Assembly: GCA_015523565.1 (NCBI GenBank) | Contig: WAKA01000232.1 | Location: forward strand, 1-64,000 | Direction of reading: 5' to 3' | Length of the DNA: 64,000 nt | Source: Candidatus Heimdallarchaeota archaeon | GTDB taxonomy: Archaea; Asgardarchaeota; Heimdallarchaeia; Heimdallarchaeales; Kariarchaeaceae | Shown here: positions 8,376-18,654 of the stretch, piece after piece | How the letters are laid out: each line of letters opens with the position of its first letter | Position numbering within the stretch: the stretch's first letter is position 1 | Program-made: the position numbers and the translations under genes | Notes under the pieces: generated by a model | Seen by the model: only the letters and a program-made list of their open reading frames with translations | Told to the model about the DNA's origin: nothing | Databases searched by the model: none

Positions 8376-10088
8376 GTGTGCAAGTGTAATTTTTCATGTA
8401 AAATGAAAAAAAAGATATTGCTTTCATATCTCGCTATAACATTGATATTGATCTCTCAACTTCCAGTTGCATTTTCAAATTCTGCTTCTCGTGAAATTGT
8501 TTTTGACGGAAACGGTCAAGGACTTAAACTTTCCCTATTTGGTGATAAAGTGATTGCATTTTCTCAAAACTCAAACTCCAAAATCCTTGAAAATACAATT
8601 AAATTGAACTCACAAACAATCCCCTCATCAATAACACTCCTTAATGCTCCTGAATCCATTATTGAAGGTCAAGTTTTTGAGGGAATTTCGTTGGTTGTTG
8701 AAGATTCTCCAGGTTCCACAATTCGAAACAATACCTTCATCAATCTGTCAAGTAAAATAAGCATATCTGCAATCAAGCTAATCAATAGTCCTGACACCGA
8801 AATTTATGGGAATGTAATTAAGGAACTTGCATTGAGCAATGATGACCTGAAAGCAACAGACACTTTTGTGGCAACAGGTATCGAGGTCATTTCAAGTGAT
8901 GGTGTACAAATCCATTCAAATTCCATTTCTAACATTCAATCAAGTGCTTCCTCTTTATCAAGAACTATTACAGTAGGAATCCGTGTTCTTTTTTCAAATT
9001 CGCCATCTATCTCCTCCAATTTAATTGCAAACCTCTCAAGCGCCATTTCTGTTAATCGCATTATTGGCATATACCTCTTGAAATCAAACTTTTCATCTAT
9101 TATGGACAACAAAATCAACAACATCTATGGACGTAACCAAAGGTATTCCACCTATGCGTCCGGCATTTATTCTGAAACAATCACGAACCTCACGATATCT
9201 GGAAATGAACTAAGTCAATTGACAACACGAGGGACATCAATCACAGCAGGTATTCGCCTTTTCAACATACAACAAATATTGGTAAAGTCAAATACAATCC
9301 AATACCTTTCCTCTGGAAAATATGCACATGGTGTATTTCTTACAAAAGTGGAGATAGGTACTGCCACACAAAACTATTTCCAAAATATCTCAAGCGAAGG
9401 AATTCCATTTTCCACAGCTTTCAATCTCGAAGAATCCAATTACTTGACAATTGACGAAAATCAGGCTGTTTATGTAGACAGAATGGTGGCCTTGGATATC
9501 TATAGCACTGAAAACATAATTTACAACAATGTATTAAACGAAAACGAGTTGGGGGGCATTGATTCATCCCCTCTTATTTCCCCCCCAAACAATATCATTT
9601 ATCGTGTAGATTCAAATCAAACCTACCTTATTTCTTGGGTTGTAATTGATACAGACCCTGATACCTTTATTGTGTACAAAGATGAAACAGTATTCCTTGA
9701 TGGAAAATGGAACAGTGGTGTACCTATTATCGTCAATGTCACTGGTCTTCAACCAGGTCGATATAATTATACCCTCCTTGTTTTTGATAAGGCTGGTCAC
9801 AAAAGCAAGTCTACCGTATTTGTCACCGTGACACCCAGGAATTTCCTGTCTGAAAGTGCTGATCGGATTGAACACTTCCTGAAAAAAATTACACTAAAAT
9901 CCATTCTTAATCTTTCACCAATCATCATTTTTCTTTATTTATTGACCGAATTTATTCGAATTCAATACAATCTCCACAAAAAGAAAAAGATTGTCAAAAA
10001 AAGACAAATAGAGGAGACGTGGGATGAGCTTAAGTCTAACTATGATGAATTTATCGATAACATGTTTCCCTATAAGGAAAAAGAGTGA
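8376..10088 (+). CDS. Membrane-anchored surface protein with a right-handed beta-helix (NosD/CASH-like) and an Ig-like domain; likely start at about 8403 (MKKKILL)
   Basis: Signal peptide; repeated GI-x-L-x-x-S...I-x-x-N-x-I units; GRYNYTLLVFDKAGH Ig-like motif; C-terminal TM followed by KKKK. Confidence 0.75.
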   Translation: MCKCNFSCKMKKKILLSYLAITLILISQLPVAFSNSASREIVFDGNGQGLKLSLFGDKVIAFSQNSNSKILENTIKLNSQTIPSSITLLNAPESIIEGQVFEGISLVVEDSPGSTIRNNTFINLSSKISISAIKLINSPDTEIYGNVIKELALSNDDLKATDTFVATGIEVISSDGVQIHSNSISNIQSSASSLSRTITVGIRVLFSNSPSISSNLIANLSSAISVNRIIGIYLLKSNFSSIMDNKINNIYGRNQRYSTYASGIYSETITNLTISGNELSQLTTRGTSITAGIRLFNIQQILVKSNTIQYLSSGKYAHGVFLTKVEIGTATQNYFQNISSEGIPFSTAFNLEESNYLTIDENQAVYVDRMVALDIYSTENIIYNNVLNENELGGIDSSPLISPPNNIIYRVDSNQTYLISWVVIDTDPDTFIVYKDETVFLDGKWNSGVPIIVNVTGLQPGRYNYTLLVFDKAGHKSKSTVFVTVTPRNFLSESADRIEHFLKKITLKSILNLSPIIIFLYLLTEFIRIQYNLHKKKKIVKKRQIEETWDELKSNYDEFIDNMFPYKEKE

Positions 10089-10095
10089 TTTGGCA

Positions 10096-11574
10096 TCAGA
10101 TATATTGTCTTATTTTTTGAAAAGAAGCACAAATAAATCCATTATTTGATTTCAATAATTCTTCGTCCACTTGATCACTCATGACCGCACCAAGAAGATA
10201 TGCGAGATGCTTTTCTTTTGCAACCTCTATCATTCTCGGTGAAATAATTCCATCAATGAGTGTTGAATGGACACCATCTAATTTTTTCAAATAATCGTAA
10301 GCTTTTGCTGTTGGAACAATTTGAATGGGGTTATGATTTTCATCAAGGAAAACTGTTTGCAAGGAATGCCTGATTTTCCGTATCATTGAAACCAATGGTC
10401 TAGGAACCGTATGGGTGACAATTTTCCGAACAGTTCTCTTCCTTGGCTCTGATGGTTTTCTTTGGCTGTATCTTTGAAGCTTTCTACCGCCACCATCTTT
10501 CTTTTTGGAGTAACTCCTAGCCTTTATTGCCTTTGGTTTCTTTAGCTTGGTTGTTCCAGATTTTCTTTTGAGTTTCATCTCTGAAAGTCTTGTCACTTTC
10601 TTCTCTGGCTCAACCTTGACTTTCTTGATCTTGGAATCAAGATCCTTCTTTTTAGTAATCAATTTTGCAGATTTTTTACCTTGTTCGCCCCGTTTTCTCC
10701 CTTTCTTGAAATCCTCGATCTTATCGTTGTAATAAAGGAAGTCTGCGTCTTCTAACCGAACTTTGTTTTCCAAGGCCTTAATCAATTGCTTTTTGGAAAG
10801 ATCCTCAACTTCCTTATTTTTCGGGGCTCTTGCAACAAAATCAATTGATATCCCTTGTGATAAAAGATTCTTGAGGATTTGATCACCGCCTCCATCACCG
10901 TCCAAAAAGACTGTGACTGACTTCCTTTTACACAAATTTTTCAGTGTTGATGGGATATTACTTCCCCTAACTTCAACGGCATTGGTAATATGGGCCTTAA
11001 GCAAATTCATTACATCTGCCCGACCTTCAACAAGAATGATTGATTCACTCCTGAGAAGGTCAGGTCCAGCAGTTAATGCATCTGGTCCATATTTGATTGG
11101 TTTAAGCACCCTTGCGGTTTTTTCAACCGTTTCAATTAGGTTTTCTATTTCTGGCTCTCCTGGCCAAGACTTCATAATTTCCGCTGCCCGTTTTGCAATA
11201 GTATTACGTTTTTCTTTTCGTACATCTTCAATTCCAACAAGTCGAACTTTTGCCTCATTGGATCCTACTCGATCTACTGTTTCTAAAGTGGCAGCTAAAA
11301 TGGCTGTCTCAGTTTTGCTAAGGCTTGACGGTACTTCAATTGTTCCAATTGTCTTTCCCTTGGATTTCTTGATCCTCAGGACAATCCGTCCAATCCTTCC
11401 AGCCTTTTGCAGTTGCTTGAAATCCATTTCCTCCCCCAACAATCCTTCAGTCTGTCCAAACAGCGCGCCTACGATATCTGACTCTGATGCCATTCCTTCT
11501 ACAACAATTTCTGCTGTGAGTCTATATTTTATTGATTCTTCATATGTTTTTGCGCCGATAGTAAAGACCTCCAA
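10096..11574 (-). CDS. dnaG: Archaeal DnaG (TOPRIM; exosome-associated)
   Basis: DIVGALFGQTEGLLG, GRIGRI, ETAILAATLET, ILVEGRADV and FLDGDGGGD; long Lys/Arg-rich linker before the C-terminal domain. Confidence 0.95.
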   Translation of the reverse strand: MEVFTIGAKTYEESIKYRLTAEIVVEGMASESDIVGALFGQTEGLLGEEMDFKQLQKAGRIGRIVLRIKKSKGKTIGTIEVPSSLSKTETAILAATLETVDRVGSNEAKVRLVGIEDVRKEKRNTIAKRAAEIMKSWPGEPEIENLIETVEKTARVLKPIKYGPDALTAGPDLLRSESIILVEGRADVMNLLKAHITNAVEVRGSNIPSTLKNLCKRKSVTVFLDGDGGGDQILKNLLSQGISIDFVARAPKNKEVEDLSKKQLIKALENKVRLEDADFLYYNDKIEDFKKGRKRGEQGKKSAKLITKKKDLDSKIKKVKVEPEKKVTRLSEMKLKRKSGTTKLKKPKAIKARSYSKKKDGGGRKLQRYSQRKPSEPRKRTVRKIVTHTVPRPLVSMIRKIRHSLQTVFLDENHNPIQIVPTAKAYDYLKKLDGVHSTLIDGIISPRMIEVAKEKHLAYLLGAVMSDQVDEELLKSNNGFICASFQKIRQYI

Positions 11575-11677
11575 TCAGTGATTTTACTTTCGTAATACTA
11601 CTGCATAATTCAACTTTCTTTTCCAACATTATAAATGTATATTTCCTCTCCAAATTAATTGAATGTAACTGCTGGAC

Positions 11678-13309
11678 TTGCTCTTCTCGTCATCGGTTTC
11701 CCTCAGGAAGCCCTCGATCCAGCAAATGAATTTCATATCACTGGAAAATAAGAATACTTGTTTGTTCTTCTTTTTTTTATCTCTCATTTTACAAACATTT
11801 ATGTTTGTGACCGTTACATCCCTATTAAACAATGTTCGATTTGTGATAGTTATGCACCGAGACGTACTTGAATTGTTTATAATTGTCAATTCTGTCCCTG
11901 TCCTCCATCTGAACCAAACAAAGGAGGACAATTCTGATACGGTGCTGAAAGCAGGACGCATTTCTGCTCAGGATATGCTTGGAGAAGAGACAACAGGGGA
12001 ACTGATCCAAAAAGAAGTTCTCTCGGATTCAGTTATTTATTACGGTCGAGAGGAGGATATTCTTCTTGCATTGAGAGTTAGTCGATCTATGAGTGATCAA
12101 GGAACCCATTCCCTTTTGCAAAAAGTTATTTCACTTGTAAGGCTTTACAAGCCAGCTCTATACAATAGTTTCGGTGATCGCGAAATTTTGCAACCCCTGA
12201 TAAATCGTCTCAACTATATTCTTGGATCAACATTACCCACAAACCCGTTTTCCATGGCAAAAATCAATCAAATGATGGGTGAGTTCCTTGAAACATTTCC
12301 ATACTTTGACAGGATTGGTTTGGTTACTCAGGAAGGTTGGGTTGTCAATATTTTTGAACAGGAAACATATGTCCCTACAAAAGTCAGTAAGTATGTTTGG
12401 CGTAATTCTGTTGAAATCTTGCACCTTTCCTTGGGAAATAGAAATAATGGTACAATTGTAAATGACGACGAATCAATATGGTGGTTGAAACCTATTTATT
12501 TTAATGACTATACGGCGCCTAATGGACAATCATGGTGGGCGCTTATTGTTCAGGTAAATTTGGCAAGGCTCTATATGGATGCCAGAAAACCAATCCCGAA
12601 AGAAATTGCTGCTGGAAAGACTTTTTCTGTTTCAAGCAAACTCCTTCAAAAGTTGCAAATGGAGATAAATTCCATTTTCTTCCAAAATATGGCGCCGATT
12701 ATTCAAAAAATGGTGGAACGGGAAACGAGAAACCAAGGAAGATCTGGTCCTCTTGGAAAGATAATTGCTTTTGCAGAATATTTTGCAGAAAATCCGCTTA
12801 ATTTCAAAATATTGAACGAAACCGCCATAATCGAAAATGATGACTCATCCCCTAAATCCTTTGTGTCAACAAATGTTCTTGAAAAAATCGTCTTTTTTGA
12901 TTTGAAGGACTTTTGGTCTAATCCCACTGATACCATATTCCTTACTTTGGATTTGCCAAACCTCAAGTTTTTCATTAGCCAATTATTGAAAAGGCCTTAT
13001 TCAAAAATATACTTTGGTCCTGGTTCTATTGACCCTTTAGCCTTGAAAAACAGGTTTGAGAGTAATATTGAAATTTATGTTGAAAATACATTTGAGCTGC
13101 CACCTATAGCTACTGGAAAAATTCAATCTATTAGCTTTGAAACCGAGATTTCGCAATATGTGTTTCTGTTTCTGGAAAATGACAACTCCAATAACTTGGT
13201 TGCCATTTTTCGAAAGGAAAATGACTCGATTTTCTCTGGTTTCTACTCTGCCAACAATGATTTAACCAGTCTCTCTTTTAATCAAATTCAACAACTTAAG
13301 CTTGTATAA
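11678..13309 (+). CDS. Longin + roadblock-like multidomain protein; likely start at ATG 11852 (MHRDV)
   Basis: LELFIIVNSVPVLH...DTVLKAGRISA...ILLALRV follows the longin beta-beta-alpha-beta-beta-beta pattern; FDRIGLVTQEGWVV resembles the start of a roadblock/profilin-clan domain. Confidence 0.5.
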   Translation: MLFSSSVSLRKPSIQQMNFISLENKNTCLFFFFLSLILQTFMFVTVTSLLNNVRFVIVMHRDVLELFIIVNSVPVLHLNQTKEDNSDTVLKAGRISAQDMLGEETTGELIQKEVLSDSVIYYGREEDILLALRVSRSMSDQGTHSLLQKVISLVRLYKPALYNSFGDREILQPLINRLNYILGSTLPTNPFSMAKINQMMGEFLETFPYFDRIGLVTQEGWVVNIFEQETYVPTKVSKYVWRNSVEILHLSLGNRNNGTIVNDDESIWWLKPIYFNDYTAPNGQSWWALIVQVNLARLYMDARKPIPKEIAAGKTFSVSSKLLQKLQMEINSIFFQNMAPIIQKMVERETRNQGRSGPLGKIIAFAEYFAENPLNFKILNETAIIENDDSSPKSFVSTNVLEKIVFFDLKDFWSNPTDTIFLTLDLPNLKFFISQLLKRPYSKIYFGPGSIDPLALKNRFESNIEIYVENTFELPPIATGKIQSISFETEISQYVFLFLENDNSNNLVAIFRKENDSIFSGFYSANNDLTSLSFNQIQQLKLV

Positions 13310-13310
13310 C

Positions 13311-14921
13311 TTATTCTCTTCTTTGGATAAATGAATATACAACGTATGCAATTAATCCCAGAATGACAATCCCCATGAATGTTCCCCAAACTGGATCGAA
13401 CAATGCTCCTTTCTGTGGAAGCTCTGGCTCAGAGATTGTGAACAATAGGGATGAACTGATTTTATTTCCTGCTTCATCCCAAATCTCCAATTTAGCCTCA
13501 TATACGTCAAAGTCGTTATAGGTATATGTGAAAGACTTCATTCCTGTCACTTCTACAGAAACACCATTTCCCAAATCCAAAGTTGCAATCCTGATTCCCG
13601 AATGGTCATCTTCAAAATCAAATGTGAATGTGACTGTCTTGTTGAATCGAGTTACAACTGCTCCATCAAAATCAGTTGAAAATGATTTAATCGTGGGAGC
13701 CACTGCATCGGTAATGACAGTATATTTTTCAGAGGCATTTAAGTTCTTGTCAGTGTATGCTGTAATTTGAATTTCAAAATCCTTATTCATTTCGAGTGTT
13801 TCATTGATTGAAGTCTGGTTTGAATTTGATTTGATTACCTGAGTACCATTGTTTGATAAATCTACTATCTTAACCTCAATGCTTGTAATGTTTCCTTTTG
13901 GAACCAACGCTGATGCATTGATGAACAATGTGGGATTGTTGGTATAAACTGTCTTGTTGATGATCGGAAATTCATGTGGAATTTCAAAAGTCAATCCCAA
14001 TTCAGGTGTGCCATCTCCCACATCTACACTTTGTGTATCAAATTGTGAAAGAAGCACGGTATGGTTTCTTGCATTGTCAAAAATAAACACAATAGTTCTC
14101 CAAATAATTGATCGTCCTGGATCAAAACTGCCTAAATCCAATGTGGCATTGAATTCCCCTGATGTAGTGTTTACATTGACACTTGTAAAGTTTGCAATTT
14201 TATATAGACTGCTTGTTGAAACCCTCCATTGGATACCATATGTTGCATTTGGATTATGCCCCTTGCCTGATAGGGTAATCGTGACATTCTCATTCTGAAT
14301 GTAAAAGTCATCCACTGCCTCAGTTTCAGGAGAAACATCCAATGAAAACATATTTCTTATTTGGTCGGCATCCTCCGAGACTCCATTGACTTCCGCATAG
14401 AAAATCGCATATTCTGCTGTCAAATTAAAGGTAATCCTATATTTTGAAACAGTGACATTGACCAATGGGTTTTCCAAATCATATGGCAATACAAATTCTG
14501 TCTTGTTTTCAGTGGAAACATATTCCATGGCGGGTGCCGTTTTGTTATTGTAATCCAGTGTTGAATTAACCCCTGGGATGTTTATATGCAATAATGGTCT
14601 TGTTTCTTGGGTTCCATTTACAACAAGGTAGGTAAGTGTGTAATTTTCAAATAAATCCGCCTTAACAATCGCACCAAGTCCCAAGCTATCGTTTCTTTCC
14701 CTCAACATTGAAACAGAAGATCCGTTTTGAAAAGTCACACTTTCCAAAATCGGTCGGGAAAGATTTGTTGCAACCTGTGCAAGGGTCGTTTGAGTCGGAT
14801 GCTCTATCCCTTTTAGTGTTATTGGTTCCGTCACATCAATGTTCGATGCGATAACACTAAAATAAGAAAGGAAGAGCAATGTAAGGAGTGTTGTTGTTTT
14901 TGCTAAATTTCTTAGTTTCAT
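13311..14921 (-). CDS. Cell-surface glycoprotein with Ig/PKD-like domains and a C-terminal TM anchor
   Basis: Signal peptide; about two dozen N-x-S/T sequons; D-x-x-AP-x-I ... DDHSGI ... WDEAGN Ig-like motif; C-terminal TM + RRE. Confidence 0.75.
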   Translation of the reverse strand: MKLRNLAKTTTLLTLLFLSYFSVIASNIDVTEPITLKGIEHPTQTTLAQVATNLSRPILESVTFQNGSSVSMLRERNDSLGLGAIVKADLFENYTLTYLVVNGTQETRPLLHINIPGVNSTLDYNNKTAPAMEYVSTENKTEFVLPYDLENPLVNVTVSKYRITFNLTAEYAIFYAEVNGVSEDADQIRNMFSLDVSPETEAVDDFYIQNENVTITLSGKGHNPNATYGIQWRVSTSSLYKIANFTSVNVNTTSGEFNATLDLGSFDPGRSIIWRTIVFIFDNARNHTVLLSQFDTQSVDVGDGTPELGLTFEIPHEFPIINKTVYTNNPTLFINASALVPKGNITSIEVKIVDLSNNGTQVIKSNSNQTSINETLEMNKDFEIQITAYTDKNLNASEKYTVITDAVAPTIKSFSTDFDGAVVTRFNKTVTFTFDFEDDHSGIRIATLDLGNGVSVEVTGMKSFTYTYNDFDVYEAKLEIWDEAGNKISSSLLFTISEPELPQKGALFDPVWGTFMGIVILGLIAYVVYSFIQRRE

Positions 14922-15051
14922 AATCCAAAAACCTACCTAACGGATGAATCTACGTAGAGTTCGTATTTTCTAGGTCTCATGGAAGAATTTCGATTTAAAT
15001 ACATTCTCTTAAAGTGCTCAATTCAACTTCAATAATCATCCCAAACTCATC

Positions 15052-16413
15052 CTAACGGATAATTTTCACTTTATCTGCAGAAATCAATAACCAGCCTGTA
15101 TGGCTTGTCAAATAATATTTCGAATGATAAACTCCCTGAAGATTGCGTGTGCTTTCTGAATCCTGAAAAATGCTTTTAAGATCAATAAGGAGCGTTCCTG
15201 ACGAGATATTTTTTGTCACTGCTTGGTTTTCATACAGTTCTCCCTGATGGATTCTTATCAGCAAATCTGCTTTTTCTCTTCTTTGTATTATCTGGATGCC
15301 TCCCTTTTCAATCAACCCCAAATTGTCAACGGACGATATTATGTCCTCAAATCTTAATTTACCTGTATCCATCACTAGATTTGTATAATGGGGATGTGGT
15401 GGAAATTCAAAGCTATGCGGCGGGAACCGATTTAGTTTATATCGATACGCATTGCCTCCATATTGGATGTATTCTCTTAATTCATCTTCCTTTGCGATTA
15501 CTTCCCCATTATCCAATATTCTCATAGGATAGGTTTTAATTCCTTCATCATCAATCGTTGTGGATGTGTATGAATATGGTTTCAAGGGGTCTTCATAGAT
15601 GTTGGTTCTTTCTGAAAAAATTTCATTAGACATTCTAAAGTCTGTTTCAAGTAATATTTTAGCCACTATTTTCCCAAAAATCTCTGGACTCAAGATGAAA
15701 TGGTCATAGTTGTCTGTCACTTTGGTTTGTGGTTTTTCTTTCATAAATCCTTTGTGCCTGCTGAAGGTCATGATCTTGGATTCAAAATCCCTCAAGTCCT
15801 TCCCCAAATTGAACTTTCCATTTATTTTGACAGATTTTGACTTTTCAAAACTTTTTGATACAAAAAGACCTCTTTGAATTTCCCATGTCTCTTCCGAATA
15901 CGAATTGGTAATCAATTTAATTTCTTCAGTCTTCTCAACCTTGCTTTCAAATTTATCGTCCACTTCGAGAATTTCATGATTGAACTTCTCATCAAACGCC
16001 TGAAATGAAATCTTAGGAATGGCAACCCTGTTTGGTCTTAATGGTGCAAAATCCCTTTCTTCGATTGAACTCAATCTGTTTGCTTTTTCTGAGATGATGT
16101 CCAATAGTTTACTTGCTTGGGATACCGTTCCAGTAAAAAATCCAAATCCATTCTGGCTTGAGATTACTCGGATCGCTAGACCAGTTGACGATAACCCATT
16201 CACTGATTTTATTGTTCCATATTCTTCTATTGTCTGTTTTAAATGATGAATGAACACCTCAAAAGATTTGATTGATTTAATTCTATCTAGCCTTGTAACA
16301 ATATCATCTTTTATTTGATGCAATTCATCTATCAAGATCGTAACCTCACATTTTCTATTGCCACTTTTGGTGAGATCATTCCTACTGGGATTCTGTCGTT
16401 GTTTTTTATGCAA
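15052..16413 (-). CDS. TldE/PmbA-like protein (divergent); real start probably near 16335
   Basis: GLAIRVI...GF, IYEDP, DDEG, GGNAYR and TNLVM motifs; directly downstream of tldD; no HExxH. Confidence 0.75.
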   Translation of the reverse strand: MHKKQRQNPSRNDLTKSGNRKCEVTILIDELHQIKDDIVTRLDRIKSIKSFEVFIHHLKQTIEEYGTIKSVNGLSSTGLAIRVISSQNGFGFFTGTVSQASKLLDIISEKANRLSSIEERDFAPLRPNRVAIPKISFQAFDEKFNHEILEVDDKFESKVEKTEEIKLITNSYSEETWEIQRGLFVSKSFEKSKSVKINGKFNLGKDLRDFESKIMTFSRHKGFMKEKPQTKVTDNYDHFILSPEIFGKIVAKILLETDFRMSNEIFSERTNIYEDPLKPYSYTSTTIDDEGIKTYPMRILDNGEVIAKEDELREYIQYGGNAYRYKLNRFPPHSFEFPPHPHYTNLVMDTGKLRFEDIISSVDNLGLIEKGGIQIIQRREKADLLIRIHQGELYENQAVTKNISSGTLLIDLKSIFQDSESTRNLQGVYHSKYYLTSHTGWLLISADKVKIIR

Positions 16414-17702
16414 AACGCAGGTCTATTTATTATGTCCTTTCCAATAGCTCCCAAGTTCCTCAAAACATCTACTGCATTCCCATAAAATGGTGGGCATAGA
16501 AATATATCTCTAAGATCCCCATCTTCAATCTTCTGAATGTACTGTGGGTATATCATAAAATGACCCGTAGAAACATCGGCAGATGCAAAAAACATGGGTC
16601 CAATAAAATAACCATTGTTTGACCTCTCCAAAAGCTCTTCTGTTGTAAAATCTCCTGGTTCTATGATCAAATTGGATTGACGAACTTGCGGTTTCGTTTT
16701 ATAGGTGCTTGACCTAGTGTTTCCAGTCGGCATGACATTTCTTTTCAAATCTTTTAACCCATAAAGCATAGTGTTTAAAATTCCTTCTTCTATTATCATT
16801 GCTCCTGCTGCCTTGAATCCTTCATCATCAAACCCATAGGATCCAACAGAATCAATTCCCTTATCGTCAATTACGGATACATGGCTTGGTGCCACTTTTG
16901 TTCCCAAATAGTTTTCTAAATATGTGGAAACATTATTCTCGCTCTCAACTGCGTGACCAATGGTTTCATGAAATAAGGTCCATGTAGCATCATTCGAAAA
17001 AAGCAATGGTCCCTCTAACCTCGTTTCTATTTTCGCTTTTGATAGGAGGTTCGCCTCTGCTGAAATTTCTGTCACTGTCTTCAACAATTTTTCCCATGAG
17101 ATGGACGACATGTGAATCCCGCCAATCATTCGATATAGGTCAATTTTCCAGTGTTTTATTGAAATCAAATGAACTAAAAGATATACCCTCGAAAATTTTT
17201 GGACAATGTGTGCTCCCGATGAAGATGTGAATGTCTTTTGCTCTTCCTCTATTTCTAGACTTAATGTTATCTTGAAGTCATCTTTGAGGTATTCTTTCAA
17301 ATGTGTCCTTATGTCGTTCAATAGATTTTCTCCCTCATTTTTCAAAGAATCTCTATCAATGTCCCCAAATTTCAGAATACCTTTCGGAAAGTGTTGCTGT
17401 TCAAATATTTGATCATATGAACCCCCTATTTGTCTTCTCTTGATTGAATTTGTGAATTCATCGATGCTTCGTTGTGGATTGCGCATATTGTCCAATGCCA
17501 AAAAATTGTCTGTATCAGATGTCATGTGTCGGAAACAAGTCCCAAAAGATAAGTTTTCCTTTTCCTCAAAATGACCATTATGGTTCATTGTAAACTTTTG
17601 ATTCTTTATATTCACTGATCTTCCATGAACTATACCGCCGACTTTCTCCTCAATTTCAAGTGTGAGCAGATAAAGGTCTAAGGGTTCAGTTGACACTAAC
17701 AA
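16332..17702 (-). CDS. tldD: TldD-family metalloprotease
   Basis: FHETIGHAVE (HExxGH), FDDEG, TGNTR, RQSN and C-terminal CxK...PVG motifs. Confidence 0.88.
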   Translation of the reverse strand: MLVSTEPLDLYLLTLEIEEKVGGIVHGRSVNIKNQKFTMNHNGHFEEKENLSFGTCFRHMTSDTDNFLALDNMRNPQRSIDEFTNSIKRRQIGGSYDQIFEQQHFPKGILKFGDIDRDSLKNEGENLLNDIRTHLKEYLKDDFKITLSLEIEEEQKTFTSSSGAHIVQKFSRVYLLVHLISIKHWKIDLYRMIGGIHMSSISWEKLLKTVTEISAEANLLSKAKIETRLEGPLLFSNDATWTLFHETIGHAVESENNVSTYLENYLGTKVAPSHVSVIDDKGIDSVGSYGFDDEGFKAAGAMIIEEGILNTMLYGLKDLKRNVMPTGNTRSSTYKTKPQVRQSNLIIEPGDFTTEELLERSNNGYFIGPMFFASADVSTGHFMIYPQYIQKIEDGDLRDIFLCPPFYGNAVDVLRNLGAIGKDIINRPAFCIKNNDRIPVGMISPKVAIENVRLRS

Positions 17703-17813
17703 TGTTTCTCATCAATGTTGATAAATGTCGCCTTATGCCATTTATTATACTGGTTTTTTTGATTACTTCGTGAAACGTATATTTAATTACTTGTTTTTTG
17801 ATTATCATTTTGA

Positions 17814-18602
17814 GTGATGGACATCGAAAAAGCCGTTGAGACTCTGATGAAACTAGGTTGGTCAGAATACGAGTCAAAAACCTATGCGGCTTTAGTCAAG
17901 GAAGGGCTCTCTACAGCCTCCCATATCGCAAAAAATAGCTCTGTGCCTTCAAACAAAGTCTACCAGATATTGGACCGCCTTTCTTCAAATGGTTTTGTCA
18001 ATAAGATCCAAGGAAAAGGAAGTCCAACACTATACGTGGCCAAACCGCCGGAAGAGGTACTTTCCATCGTGAAAAAAGATTTTGAAAGCCTTGTCGAAGA
18101 AGCACAAATCGCCCTTGGCGAAATCCAAGAGCGCCAAAGATGGAGAGAGTTCCCTCATGCCTTTACAATCACTAGCAGGGGTGAATTGACTGCCCAATTG
18201 AAACTCTTGATTGACCGTGCTGACGAAGAAATTGTCTTGATGTTGGATACGCTTTCAGAACTCAATAATGGTCGACTCATTCAGCTTCTAATCAATAAAT
18301 TCCAGGAAGGCGTGAAAATACTCATTATAACTGCAATCCAGGGTATCAATGACCCCTATGAGATTGAGGTTTTCCACAAGCTCAATCCCCTTGAAATTCG
18401 AATCGCTGATGGCAAATTCTCCCATATAACTTTAGTTGTCGATGGAACTGTCTCATTGCTTGCCACTTATGCCCTGAACTCTCCTGCAGGATTGGAAAAA
18501 TCTTTTGTTGGTCTGCTTGTTGAAGACCAAACCTTTGCTAAGCTCCTTAGAAAAACCATTGTCTATGAATGGAAAGAGGCCACCCCTGCCTTGAGAAATT
18601 AA
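17814..18602 (+). CDS. TrmB-family transcriptional regulator
   Basis: LGWSEYESKTYAAL, SSVPSNKVYQIL and YVAKPPEE; C-terminal PLD-like effector domain. Confidence 0.9.
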   Translation: MMDIEKAVETLMKLGWSEYESKTYAALVKEGLSTASHIAKNSSVPSNKVYQILDRLSSNGFVNKIQGKGSPTLYVAKPPEEVLSIVKKDFESLVEEAQIALGEIQERQRWREFPHAFTITSRGELTAQLKLLIDRADEEIVLMLDTLSELNNGRLIQLLINKFQEGVKILIITAIQGINDPYEIEVFHKLNPLEIRIADGKFSHITLVVDGTVSLLATYALNSPAGLEKSFVGLLVEDQTFAKLLRKTIVYEWKEATPALRN

Positions 18603-18654
18603 TGTTTTACGTTTATTGAAGAAACTATTTAATATACTGCTATGATTTTGCATT

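Noticed and set aside
3301-10088. Integrated island at the tRNA
   Set aside because: No integrase, no duplicated tRNA 3' end and no obvious compositional shift seen.
10913-11581. 222-aa plus-strand ORF; also 28683-29306, 21882-22361 and other S/F/I-rich ORFs
   Set aside because: Antisense shadows of conserved genes (dnaG, gltX, dnaK) with the composition expected of reverse frames.
274-17702. RiPP cluster hypothesis (LanC-like + TldD/PmbA)
   Set aside because: The genes are about 13 kb apart, the LanC-like protein is secreted and lacks Zn ligands, and no dehydratase, YcaO or precursor peptide was found.
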